Shown here one piece after another: positions 8,559 to 17,162 of a stretch of DNA of 34,238 nt. The number at the start of each line of letters is the position of its first letter. Position 1 is the stretch's first letter. The notes beneath the pieces are model-generated. The model was not told the DNA's origin, made no database searches, and saw nothing but the letters and a program-made list of their open reading frames with translations. The stretch covers positions 1 through 34,238 of the forward strand of contig CANHHI010000002.1 of assembly GCA_947460225.1 (NCBI GenBank), written 5' to 3'. The position numbers were made by a program, and so were the translations under genes. The stretch comes from Flavobacteriales bacterium (lineage in GTDB: Bacteria; Bacteroidota; Bacteroidia; Flavobacteriales_D; CANHHI01).

Positions 8559-9755
8559 TTACCATTCTTTGTTTATAAAGATTGAAACTTTAAATTTTGT
8601 ACCTAAGGTCAAATCAAAATCTGGTTTTCCATTTCCATTTTTAATCAATTCATCTATGGCTCGCTTTACGCCATAATTAAATTTATTTACATAGCCAAGA
8701 ATTTTCATAGCTTCGGCTAGCACAACATTTCTATAATCACTTGCATTAGGGAAATTTTGAGCATTGGCATCACCAAAAAGCCCACCCGAATTTAATATTT
8801 CTATACGATTGGAAAATTCATAAATATAAATAGGCGCATTTGTTTCATAACTTCTGTGCATAATGGCGTTCATAATCAATTCACGTAATGCCCAATACGA
8901 ATAATTCCTTATCAGGTCTTCTTGAAAAGAATCTCTTTTTACGGGTCTTTCTTTAATGATATTGTTTTTTATAAAATCATCTATTGAATGAAGTTCTGTA
9001 ACAAGTGCACCTGAAAATTTCTTTTCAAATTCAACATCACTAGTCATTTCTTCTCCTCTGTACCTTACATATTGAATATACGCCCCTGGTAAATAATATT
9101 CTGGATTTAGTCCAAAAATTAAAATTCCCGCATGATTAGGACAATTTTCTTTCATGTTAAAAAACCGCAGAGAGGCGAGTTGCTCTTCTACTGTTCTGCC
9201 ATTTTCTTTGATGGTGTCTTTGTCAATGGCTATTGGCAGATAAGTTGATTTGAAATATTCAATGGCAATATCATCAATAGTCGCTCCAAGTGCAGGGGCT
9301 AAATCATAAGTCTTTACATAAGCTGCTCTTCGTTCTGTTAGAATTTTTTCTTCTTCTCCTGTTGCTTTTGTTTGTCTTGGACCTGTTCTTATCCAGCATC
9401 TCCCATCATATCGTACAGGCGGATAACTAGAAGGTTTAACCTCCACCACCACCACTTCGCCTTCGGGAAATGTAAAAACAGGGCTTACAATCAGCGAGGG
9501 TGGAGGCAGGACATTGCCATTCGTTTTAACTCCGCCAATGGTTTGAAGTTCTTTATCTGTCCATTGCTTACCTGCTAATTTACCGTCATCATACACGCCT
9601 AACAAAATATATCCTGAATGTTTATGATTTGGAAAATCATTAGATAAAGCACAAACAGCGGGTCCTAATTTGTCTTCTTTGATGGAAATTGTTCGCTCTA
9701 TCCAATCACTTTCCATATCGGCAATCAATGCTTTTACTTGTTCTTCAGTTATCAT
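8559..9755 (-). CDS. AlbA_2 (Schlafen-like) N-terminal domain + HATPase_c_4 C-terminal domain protein, usually annotated ATP-binding protein / putative transcriptional regulator
   Basis: The N-terminus ESDWIERT...AVCALSN...SGYILLGVYDDGKLAG fits the AlbA_2 pattern (E..lE.K ... AfaN ... GG.l.iGv.d.G.i.G). The C-terminus LRELIMNAIMHRSYETNAPIYIYEFSNRIEILNSGGL fits the HATPase_c_4 pattern. Confidence 0.8.
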   Translation of the reverse strand: MITEEQVKALIADMESDWIERTISIKEDKLGPAVCALSNDFPNHKHSGYILLGVYDDGKLAGKQWTDKELQTIGGVKTNGNVLPPPSLIVSPVFTFPEGEVVVVEVKPSSYPPVRYDGRCWIRTGPRQTKATGEEEKILTERRAAYVKTYDLAPALGATIDDIAIEYFKSTYLPIAIDKDTIKENGRTVEEQLASLRFFNMKENCPNHAGILIFGLNPEYYLPGAYIQYVRYRGEEMTSDVEFEKKFSGALVTELHSIDDFIKNNIIKERPVKRDSFQEDLIRNYSYWALRELIMNAIMHRSYETNAPIYIYEFSNRIEILNSGGLFGDANAQNFPNASDYRNVVLAEAMKILGYVNKFNYGVKRAIDELIKNGNGKPDFDLTLGTKFKVSIFINKEW

Positions 9756-9832
9756 AATGTTAATTTATGTTATCGTACGCTGAACAACCCCAGCAATAAA
9801 CATTTTTTATATTTTTTGCATTATTAAATTAA

Positions 9833-9887
9833 ACTCACTGCGAAAGTCTTTTGTGAAAAATATGCACCAAAAAATGCTTTTCACAGC
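9833..9887 (-). repeat. Internally deleted, inverted copy of the R1 hairpin element
   Basis: actcactgcgaaa (9833-9845) resembles the reverse complement of the copy A right end (28041-28053). tgtgaaaaatatgcaccaaaaaatgcttttc resembles the reverse complement of the copy A left arm (about 27925-27955). The central ~75 bp is missing. Confidence 0.5.
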
Positions 9888-9926
9888 GGACTTGTTATAG
9901 ACTGGCTTGGCTAATTTATAACCCGC

Positions 9927-9998
9927 AATATTTTCATGCTTTTCTTGTGCAAACAACCGACTTCCATAAAGGCACAAACGCAAAAGCCATTTCTTCAT
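9927..9998 (-). pseudogene. Signal-peptide-only stub (MKKWLLRLCLYGSRLFAQEKHENI...), a probable remnant of a secreted-protein gene
   Basis: The ORF 9807..9998 opens with a typical signal peptide and then runs straight into the R1 fragment and stops. Its LFAQEK cleavage region is identical to the one in the HhH-barrel protein now located 2.5 kb downstream. Confidence 0.3.
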
Positions 9999-10011
9999 AG
10001 CATAACCTTAG

Positions 10012-10019
10012 CAAAGGTA
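10012..10019 (-). promoter_or_regulatory. -7 box (TACCTTTG on the minus strand) downstream of bamA
   Basis: Matches TAnnTTTG, 13 nt upstream of the stub ATG at 9998. It is the only consensus-like box I found upstream of the cassette. Confidence 0.3.
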
Positions 10020-10058
10020 AGAAATTTCCAAATACTTAGGTAAAAAATATAAAAGTTA

Positions 10059-12524
10059 TTATAAATCCCCCACTTGGAAGCCCAAAGTAAACACAAACCT
10101 ACCAGTACCAGGCGCATTATATTTACCAAATTCTTGCAAATTATCAAAAGTCCATGCGTAATCCAAACCGAGCATGCCCACAATAGGCAAGAAAATTCTC
10201 AATCCAAGACCAGCACTTCGTTTTAAATTAAAAGGATTGAAATTTTTAAAATCCATCCACGTATTGGCTGCCTCGGCAAAAGCCAAGGCAAAAATAGTCG
10301 CACTCGGGCTAATGATAATCGGATACCTAAGTTCTGCTGTATATTTCGCCACAATGGCACTGCCGTTTTTGTAATTCACCGCCTCGTCATCATAGCCTCT
10401 AAACGCAACGATTTCACGCCCATAATAAAAAATACCGATACCCGTCAAGCCATTTCCGCCCACGGCAAAACGTTCAAAAGGATTTAAGCCCAATTTAGCA
10501 TTATAATACCCCAAATAGCCAAAGCCAGCTTTTAAGCGCAATACCAATTTTTGGTCTTTGGTCAAGGGCGTAAACCACTCGGTGGCAAATTTAATTTTAT
10601 AGTATTCCGCCACTGGAAATTCTTGGGTTTCTTTGATTTTTTCCACCTGTGCGGTTGGCATAAAGAAAGAATACGGTGGCGTAAACTGCCCACTGAGCAA
10701 AATATGCGAACCACTGCGTGGATACACTGGGTGGTCTATGGATTTCCTTTGCAAACGCAAACTGATGTTAAAGTTATGCGTTTTGCCGTTTTTCAAGGAA
10801 AAAAAGCTGTAATTGTTGACATTATAGTGTTGGTAGCCAATTTCCTCCTGCAAAGTAAAATAATCATCTGGAAAAGTAAGCCTTTGCCCAAAACCAACCG
10901 ATGCACCAATAATAGCAAAAGATTGTCTTTTGGCACCTGTTTGGTTGTTGCTATTCAAAGAATAAGAACCCGTAAGCGTAAAAGAATGCGGTTTCTTCCC
11001 ACCCAGCCAAGGTTCTGTAAATTGAAAACTATAATTTTGATAATACAAGCCCGTTGCAGATATTTTCAAGGACAACTCCTGTCCTGCCCCTGCTGGCAAA
11101 GGTCGCCATGCTTCTTTTTTAAAAATATCTTGCAAAGAAAAGTTTTTCAGCACCAAGCCCACACTGGCAATCACAGAGTTATAGCCCCCCCAGCCTGCTG
11201 AAAGCTCCACCTGGTCGGAAGACGTTTCTTCTACCGTATAGCGAATATCCACCGTGTTGTCTTCAGGGTGCGGAATAGGTTCTATGCCAATTTTTTCCGC
11301 ATTAAAATAGCCTTTTGAGGACAGCTCTGTTTGGGTACGGATAATATTTTCTCGGCTAAAAAGTTCCCCTGGCAAAGTGTATAAACTGCGCTGAATCACG
11401 TAGTCTTTGGTTTTGTCGTTGCCTGTAATAAAAATCCTGCCAATTCTATACTGCTCGCCTTCTCTGATGCGAATTTCCAAATCTATGGAATCTTTTTCTA
11501 TACCGACCTCCAAGGGTTGCACGCTGGCAGTCAAATAGCCGTTGTTCATATACAAACCCAAAATATCCCGAGACGATTTTTGGTCGTAGGTCAGCCTTTG
11601 GTTGAGCAAATCTTGGTTGTAAATGTCTCCCTTTTTGATACCCAGCAAAGTATCCAAAAACCCAGAGCGATACACGGTATTGCCGACAAAACGTATGTTG
11701 CGGAAATGATACTGCACGCCCTCTTGGATTTTGATGATAAGTTTTAAGGTTTTATCATCAAGCACCACCAAACTATCGCTGACAATGCTTGCATCTCGAT
11801 AGCCCTGTTTTCTGTACTTGGCAATTAAATTGATTTTATCCTCTTCAAATTTTTCACGGATAAACTTAGAACTTTTGTAAAAGCGTATCCAAAGTTTTTG
11901 TTTGGTATTTTTGAGGTAACGGCGAATTTTGGCATTGCTAAATTTGACATTGCCCTCGGTTTCTATTTTTTGTATTTTAAATCTTTTGCCTTTGTTGATA
12001 TTCAAAGCCAAGCGCAAGCCACCACTCACGGAGTCGTATTGTTGGAGCACCTGAACTTGTGCATTAAAATAGCCTTTTTCTTCGTAATATTTTTGAATGC
12101 GCTGGGTTGCTTCATAAACCAAGTTTTCCGAAAGTTGCATGCCTGGTTTTAGGCTAATTTTTTCTTTGAGTTTTTTAATGTCGCCACTTTTTACGCCCGT
12201 TATGTTAAATTTGCTCACACGAACCCGCTCCATCACTTGTATTTCCAAATAAACCAATTGCCCGATTTTTTCGGTGATTTCTATTTTTACATCGGAAAAA
12301 TAATTTTGTTTCCACAAACTTTTTATAGCATTGCCAATGGTTTCACTGGGCAAAATCAAAGATTGCCCCACACGCAAACCCGACAGTAAAATCACGCTAT
12401 TTTCATCAACACTTTGGTTGCCTACCACGCGAATGCCTGCAATTTCGTACATGTTTTTGTACTGTGCAGTTAGGGTTGCGCTCAAAGCAAGGAGCAAGAA
12501 AAATAAAAAGCGAATATTGCGCAT
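10059..12524 (-). CDS. bamA: Outer membrane protein assembly factor BamA
   Basis: Signal peptide MRNIRFLFFLLLALSATLTAQ, an N-terminal region of POTRA-repeat length, and a C-terminal Omp85 barrel. It lies immediately downstream of uppS, as is usual in Bacteroidota. Confidence 0.9.
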   Translation of the reverse strand: MRNIRFLFFLLLALSATLTAQYKNMYEIAGIRVVGNQSVDENSVILLSGLRVGQSLILPSETIGNAIKSLWKQNYFSDVKIEITEKIGQLVYLEIQVMERVRVSKFNITGVKSGDIKKLKEKISLKPGMQLSENLVYEATQRIQKYYEEKGYFNAQVQVLQQYDSVSGGLRLALNINKGKRFKIQKIETEGNVKFSNAKIRRYLKNTKQKLWIRFYKSSKFIREKFEEDKINLIAKYRKQGYRDASIVSDSLVVLDDKTLKLIIKIQEGVQYHFRNIRFVGNTVYRSGFLDTLLGIKKGDIYNQDLLNQRLTYDQKSSRDILGLYMNNGYLTASVQPLEVGIEKDSIDLEIRIREGEQYRIGRIFITGNDKTKDYVIQRSLYTLPGELFSRENIIRTQTELSSKGYFNAEKIGIEPIPHPEDNTVDIRYTVEETSSDQVELSAGWGGYNSVIASVGLVLKNFSLQDIFKKEAWRPLPAGAGQELSLKISATGLYYQNYSFQFTEPWLGGKKPHSFTLTGSYSLNSNNQTGAKRQSFAIIGASVGFGQRLTFPDDYFTLQEEIGYQHYNVNNYSFFSLKNGKTHNFNISLRLQRKSIDHPVYPRSGSHILLSGQFTPPYSFFMPTAQVEKIKETQEFPVAEYYKIKFATEWFTPLTKDQKLVLRLKAGFGYLGYYNAKLGLNPFERFAVGGNGLTGIGIFYYGREIVAFRGYDDEAVNYKNGSAIVAKYTAELRYPIIISPSATIFALAFAEAANTWMDFKNFNPFNLKRSAGLGLRIFLPIVGMLGLDYAWTFDNLQEFGKYNAPGTGRFVFTLGFQVGDL

Positions 12525-12538
12525 GAATGAATGATAGT

Positions 12539-13282
12539 TTAAATTTGTTGTTGGGTTTTGCCAAACCTTCTTTGTCTATGTTGGTAGGCTAGAATAGCCT
12601 CAAAAAAATCTTCTTGGGTAAATGATGGCCACAAAACGGGCGTAAAATAAAACTCCGTGTATGCCATTTGCCAAAGCAAAAAATTGCTAATGCGGATTTC
12701 TCCGCTGGTTCTAATGAGCAAATCGGGGTCTGGAATGCCCACGGTGCTTAAATTTTGCGCAAACATTTCCTCGGTAATATCTGCGGGATTTATCGCTTTT
12801 TCAGCCACTGCTTCGGCAATGGATTTTACAGCTTGCAAAATTTCATTTCTCGCACTATAACTCAATGCCAAAATCAAATGCAACTTGTCGTTATATTGTG
12901 TAAGCGCAAGGGTTTCATGCAATTTTTCTTGCACAGATTCTGGCAAAAGATGCGTTTGTCCAATCACGCCCAAGCGCACGCCCTCTGCGTTGAGTTTTGG
13001 AGATTCTAGCACCAATAATTCAACCAAAAGTTGCATTAAGGCACGCACTTCTTCTTCTGGACGTTGCCAATTTTCAGCAGAGAACGTGTAAAGTGTTAGA
13101 TAACGCACGCCCGATTGCAAGGCAGCTTTTATTGCATTTCTAACGCTTTCAGCCCCATTTTGATGACCAAAAACCCTGTCTTTTCCTTGCTGTTCTGCCC
13201 AACGACCATTGCCGTCCATAATAATGGCAACATGTTGGGGAGTAGTTTCTTTTTGTATTTTTGTTAAGTGCGACATATTCAC
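12539..13282 (-). CDS. uppS: Isoprenyl transferase (undecaprenyl-diphosphate synthase)
   Basis: HVAIIMDGNGRWA, LTLYTFSAENWQRP, RTSGEIRISNFLLWQ. Confidence 0.93.
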   Translation of the reverse strand: MNMSHLTKIQKETTPQHVAIIMDGNGRWAEQQGKDRVFGHQNGAESVRNAIKAALQSGVRYLTLYTFSAENWQRPEEEVRALMQLLVELLVLESPKLNAEGVRLGVIGQTHLLPESVQEKLHETLALTQYNDKLHLILALSYSARNEILQAVKSIAEAVAEKAINPADITEEMFAQNLSTVGIPDPDLLIRTSGEIRISNFLLWQMAYTEFYFTPVLWPSFTQEDFFEAILAYQHRQRRFGKTQQQI

Positions 13283-13306
13283 AAAGGCTTCGGCAAAGAT
13301 ACTATA

Positions 13307-14206
13307 TTATTTGAAATGTTCCCTGCTTTTTGCAAAAATGCGTTGCCAAAGCCATTTAAATAATAAGCCGATTAAAATCATACCCAGCGCAATCAAACGT
13401 TTGGCATCTATTTTTTCCCCTTGCAACATGCCCAAGAAAAATCCAACAGGTGGCACCAAATAATTTGCCATAGACGTAAAAGCAATACCTGCCCTACGAA
13501 TTAACGTGGCGTACAACACCCAAACAAAACCCGTGCACACAATACCTAAAACCAGCAAATTGGTAAGCCCCAAAGGAGAAACGTGCAAACGCAAAGATTC
13601 CCCCTGCACGATTGCCATGAGAAGCAAAAGCAAAGATGCCATGAGTAAAATATTGCGTGTGGCACGAATGGGCGAATGTTGTCCCAATAATTTTTTGATC
13701 AGCACAATAGCAATGGCAAAGCAACACGCCGCCAAAAGCAAAGCCATGGCACGCACCAGACTAAATCCGCCTTGAAAACCATCGGCAAGCAAAAGGCAAA
13801 CCCCTGCAAAACCTATCAAAACACCCATGCCGTCTTGCCAGTTGGGTTTATTTTCTTTTTTTTCTGTAAGATATGCCAGCGCAATTGCCCACAAAGGCAC
13901 CGTACTAATTAAAATAGAAGCAAGGCTGCTTTCTATTTCTTGTTGCGCCCACAAAATCAACTGCAAAGGAATAACCGTCTCAAATAAGGCAATCAACGCA
14001 AAGGAAAGCCACTCCCTTGCACCAAAATGTTCTTTGTTTTTTCTGTCGTAAAAATAAAGCACGATTGCCAAGGTAAATGCCCCAAAAGCTGCCCGGAAAA
14101 AAGAAATAGTCATTTCAGTATTTTCTTGCAAGGCAAAATGGTTTAAGGCAAATTGAGAACCCCAAATGCAACCGATTAAAAGGAGCAACAGATAGTTTTT
14201 TAACAT
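13307..14206 (-). CDS. DMT-superfamily (EamA-like) transporter
   Basis: About 10 hydrophobic helices in two similar halves. The start is set at the ATG at 14206; the track's 14230 is a TTG. Confidence 0.75.
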   Translation of the reverse strand: MLKNYLLLLLIGCIWGSQFALNHFALQENTEMTISFFRAAFGAFTLAIVLYFYDRKNKEHFGAREWLSFALIALFETVIPLQLILWAQQEIESSLASILISTVPLWAIALAYLTEKKENKPNWQDGMGVLIGFAGVCLLLADGFQGGFSLVRAMALLLAACCFAIAIVLIKKLLGQHSPIRATRNILLMASLLLLLMAIVQGESLRLHVSPLGLTNLLVLGIVCTGFVWVLYATLIRRAGIAFTSMANYLVPPVGFFLGMLQGEKIDAKRLIALGMILIGLLFKWLWQRIFAKSREHFK

Positions 14207-14282
14207 GTAGTTTTTCAAAAGTAAGCGCAAATATAGTTGATTTTTTTAGAAAAATCAAGCATATCATTCTGAAATGCGCAGA

Positions 14283-14343
14283 CGCAGGAATTTTCATTGC
14301 TGGGTAATCTTGCCTGCGAAGCAGACTAAAACGGACTGTGTCC
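14283..14343 (-). repeat. R2 palindromic intergenic repeat, inverted copy
   Basis: The reverse complement ggacacagtccgttttagtctgcttcgcaggcaagattacccagcaatgaaaattcctgcg aligns with 3881-3941. Confidence 0.6.
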
Positions 14344-14727
14344 GAAGTCCCAAGTCTTTGCAGGCAAAACACTTACAAACATAAATTCTGGCAGTTCTCT
14401 AATGGCTGTACGCCAATCGGCTTTAATATCCGCAGGCGCATCTTGCAAAACGAGCACATAGTCTAAGGTGGGAAATTCTGGCAATAAGTAGCCGTTTTCG
14501 GTTCGGTTTTGCAAAATATGCAGGGAGAAATTTCGCTCCGTGCAAACAAAATGCGCATGCGCCACCTCAACGCCAAAAAGCGTCAAGGGGTCGGAAAACG
14601 AAAATAATTTGTCGCCATTTTGGTTGATAAAAAACAGCAAGCGCACAAAAGACAAAGGACACATCAAGCCCCAAGTTTCTTGTTCTATTTGCCACTTGGC
14701 AAGTGGACTCAATTTAAAAACTTTCAT
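14326..14727 (-). CDS. Hypothetical protein (133 aa) co-oriented with and 3 nt downstream of mgtE
   Basis: ATG ORF with backbone-like composition and no motif I recognise. The last ~6 codons and the stop lie inside the R2 repeat. Confidence 0.5.
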   Translation of the reverse strand: MKVFKLSPLAKWQIEQETWGLMCPLSFVRLLFFINQNGDKLFSFSDPLTLFGVEVAHAHFVCTERNFSLHILQNRTENGYLLPEFPTLDYVLVLQDAPADIKADWRTAIRELPEFMFVSVLPAKTWDFGHSPF

Positions 14728-14730
14728 AGT

Positions 14731-16095
14731 TTAAATCAGCGTACCACCCAAAACTAAACTTGCTATCGTAAAATAGATAATCAGCCCCGTAACATCAGAA
14801 AGCGTTGCCACAAAAGGCGCAGAGGAAGTGGCAGGGTCTAAGCCCATTTTTTTGAGAAAAAACGGAAGCATAGCGCCTGTAATGGTTCCCCAAACAACAA
14901 CACCTATCAAAGAGAAACAAATGGTGCAAGCAATCAAAAACCAATGCTCACTGTATTGTCCAAAAACCAAAGAGCCTATGGCGATTCTACCAAAGCCAAT
15001 CAAACCCAACACCAAACCAAGTAAAGCACCAGAAAAAAGCTCTCGTCTAAAAACCTGCCACCAGGAACTCAGTTGGATTTCGCCCAATGCCAAGGCACGT
15101 ATAATCAGCGTGGCTGCTTGTGAACCTGAATTACCCCCACTGGAAATAATTAAAGGCACAAAAAAAGACAGCATCACCGCCTTTTGAATTTCTTCTTCAT
15201 AATGCCCCATGGCAGTAGTGGTAAGCATTTCGCTAAAAAAAAGCAAAATAAGCCAGCCCGCACGTTTGCGCACCAATTCCAAAATAGACGTGGACTGATA
15301 AGGAAAATCCAAAGCCTCCAAACCCCCAAATTTTTGGATATCTTCGGTATTTTCTTCCTCGGAAGCGTGTAAAACGTCATCGACTGTTACAATGCCCAAG
15401 AGTTGATTTTCCTCGTTTAACACGGGAATAGAAATCCTATCATCGTATTGCTTAAAGGCTTGAATACAGGCTTCTTGGTCGGCAGTGGCTTGCACCTGCG
15501 CATGGCAAGTTTCCAGCAAATCGTGAATTTTCTGATGCACGGGCACGAGCAATAATTTGCGCAAATGCACTTCGCCCAGCAGTTTTCCCTGTCTGTCTAT
15601 GATGTAAATAAGGTTCAAATTGTCGTTGTCAAAACCATTTTTTCGGATATACGAAATGGCTTGCTCTATGCTTTTGTCATCAAAAAGTGAAATATAAGTG
15701 GTGCTCATCAAACGACCTATGCTATTTTCTTGGTAACCCAAGAGCGTCTGCGCCTCACTTTTTTTATCGGGTTCTAACCAATCAATGTATTTGGCAGAAA
15801 CAAAAGAGGGCAAATTTTCCAAAAAATCCGTTCTGTCATCGGATTCCAGATGGTTTAAAATATGCTGTACGTCTGATTTTTTAAGCTGTTGCAAAAGATT
15901 TTTGCGCAAGTCAAAATCTAAATAAGGAAAAACTTCCAAACGATGGTCTTGGGCGAGATACGAAAAAAACAGCACCTGTTCTTCGTCCGCCAAGTTTTGT
16001 ATAATTTCCGCCCAATCGCTGGGGTGCAAGTCTAGCTGAGCTATTTTGTCAAAATCCTTGTCTTGCAGTAATCGTTGAATTTCCAAATTTTCCAT
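14731..16095 (-). CDS. mgtE: Magnesium transporter MgtE
   Basis: MgtE N-domain, a tandem CBS region, and a TM domain with PLIISSGGNSGSQAATL and DPATSSAPFVATLSDVTGL. Confidence 0.92.
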   Translation of the reverse strand: MENLEIQRLLQDKDFDKIAQLDLHPSDWAEIIQNLADEEQVLFFSYLAQDHRLEVFPYLDFDLRKNLLQQLKKSDVQHILNHLESDDRTDFLENLPSFVSAKYIDWLEPDKKSEAQTLLGYQENSIGRLMSTTYISLFDDKSIEQAISYIRKNGFDNDNLNLIYIIDRQGKLLGEVHLRKLLLVPVHQKIHDLLETCHAQVQATADQEACIQAFKQYDDRISIPVLNEENQLLGIVTVDDVLHASEEENTEDIQKFGGLEALDFPYQSTSILELVRKRAGWLILLFFSEMLTTTAMGHYEEEIQKAVMLSFFVPLIISSGGNSGSQAATLIIRALALGEIQLSSWWQVFRRELFSGALLGLVLGLIGFGRIAIGSLVFGQYSEHWFLIACTICFSLIGVVVWGTITGAMLPFFLKKMGLDPATSSAPFVATLSDVTGLIIYFTIASLVLGGTLI

Positions 16096-16217
16096 CGTGT
16101 CGTTTTTTTGAAAAATAGCAGGACAAAGTTATTGAAAATTTGCGTATTTTTGTGAAAAATTCAAGCAAATGATGCAATATACAAAAGTAAGTTTGCCCTA
16201 ACCTTATTTAATTTAAC

Positions 16218-17162
16218 ATGGGAACTAATCACAAAATGTATGACGTTTCAGTAATCATGCTGAACTACAACTCCGCATCATATAGCATAGCGTGCATCAA
16301 ATCTATTTTAGAAAAGGCACATAAAAACCTAAACTACAACATTATTGTTGTGGACAACAACTCCCAAGATAATGATTTTGACGCACTGCAAGCATTTTGT
16401 GCCTCGCAAAAAGACGTACCGCTAAAAATAATACGCAGTATATTAAACGTGGGTTTTTCCGCAGCAAATATGATAGGCGTGCAAAACACAAATGCACGGT
16501 ATCTTTTTTTTCTCAATAACGACACAACGCTGTTGAACGATTGTTTGTCTATTCTTTTTAACTTTGCCGAAAAACATAAAGACATGGCGGTATGCACGCC
16601 CCAAACATTCAATGAGAATGGTACATTAGAACCAAGTTTTGGGTATATTCCTACGCTGGGTGCTAAATTTTTGGGACATGGCTTTGCCAGGCTTTTTTCC
16701 TCCGAACAATACCCCAAAAGACATCGTGTTTACACCGAGCCAATAGACGTGCCTTTGGTTACGGGTGCAGCCATGTTTGTAAATAGTACCATCTTTGCAA
16801 AAATGGGCGGATTTGATACCAATTTATTTTTGTATTGTGAGGAAGAAGATTTTGCCACAAGAATGAAAATGAAAGGTTATAAAGCCTATCTCGTGCCGAC
16901 TGCGCATTTTGTGCATTATGCAGGAAAAAGCACAAAACGCAACCTACACATAGAAAAAGAATACTATATTTCGCTTTTTTATTTTCTGAGAAAACACAAC
17001 AATGCGCTGGTCTGTTTTTTATGGAAATTATTGTTGTTTTTCAAAGTATTCAAAAAGGCTTATAAGTCATTAGATTCTCTAAAATTATCTTGGTTTATTT
17101 TGCAGGGAGCACCGATGAAATATTCTTTGCGGTTTAAACAAGAAATAAATTTTCATCATTAA
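16218..17162 (+). CDS. Family 2 glycosyltransferase
   Basis: VSVIMLNYNS, VVDNNSQD, FLNNDT (DxD-like), CEEEDF. An alternative start exists at 16236. Confidence 0.8.
   Translation: MGTNHKMYDVSVIMLNYNSASYSIACIKSILEKAHKNLNYNIIVVDNNSQDNDFDALQAFCASQKDVPLKIIRSILNVGFSAANMIGVQNTNARYLFFLNNDTTLLNDCLSILFNFAEKHKDMAVCTPQTFNENGTLEPSFGYIPTLGAKFLGHGFARLFSSEQYPKRHRVYTEPIDVPLVTGAAMFVNSTIFAKMGGFDTNLFLYCEEEDFATRMKMKGYKAYLVPTAHFVHYAGKSTKRNLHIEKEYYISLFYFLRKHNNALVCFLWKLLLFFKVFKKAYKSLDSLKLSWFILQGAPMKYSLRFKQEINFHH

Noticed and set aside
10028-10045. The short match atacttaggta to the R1 core (cacatacttaggtat) near the bamA stop.
   Set aside because: Only ~11 nt match, the orientation is inconsistent with the neighbouring truncated R1 copy, and there is no flanking similarity. 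It is probably chance.
16096-16217. A possible Mg2+ (M-box) riboswitch or other leader upstream of mgtE.
   Set aside because: The spacer is only ~120 nt and AT-rich, with no extended conserved-looking helices. M-box elements are much longer, and I could not identify one by eye.
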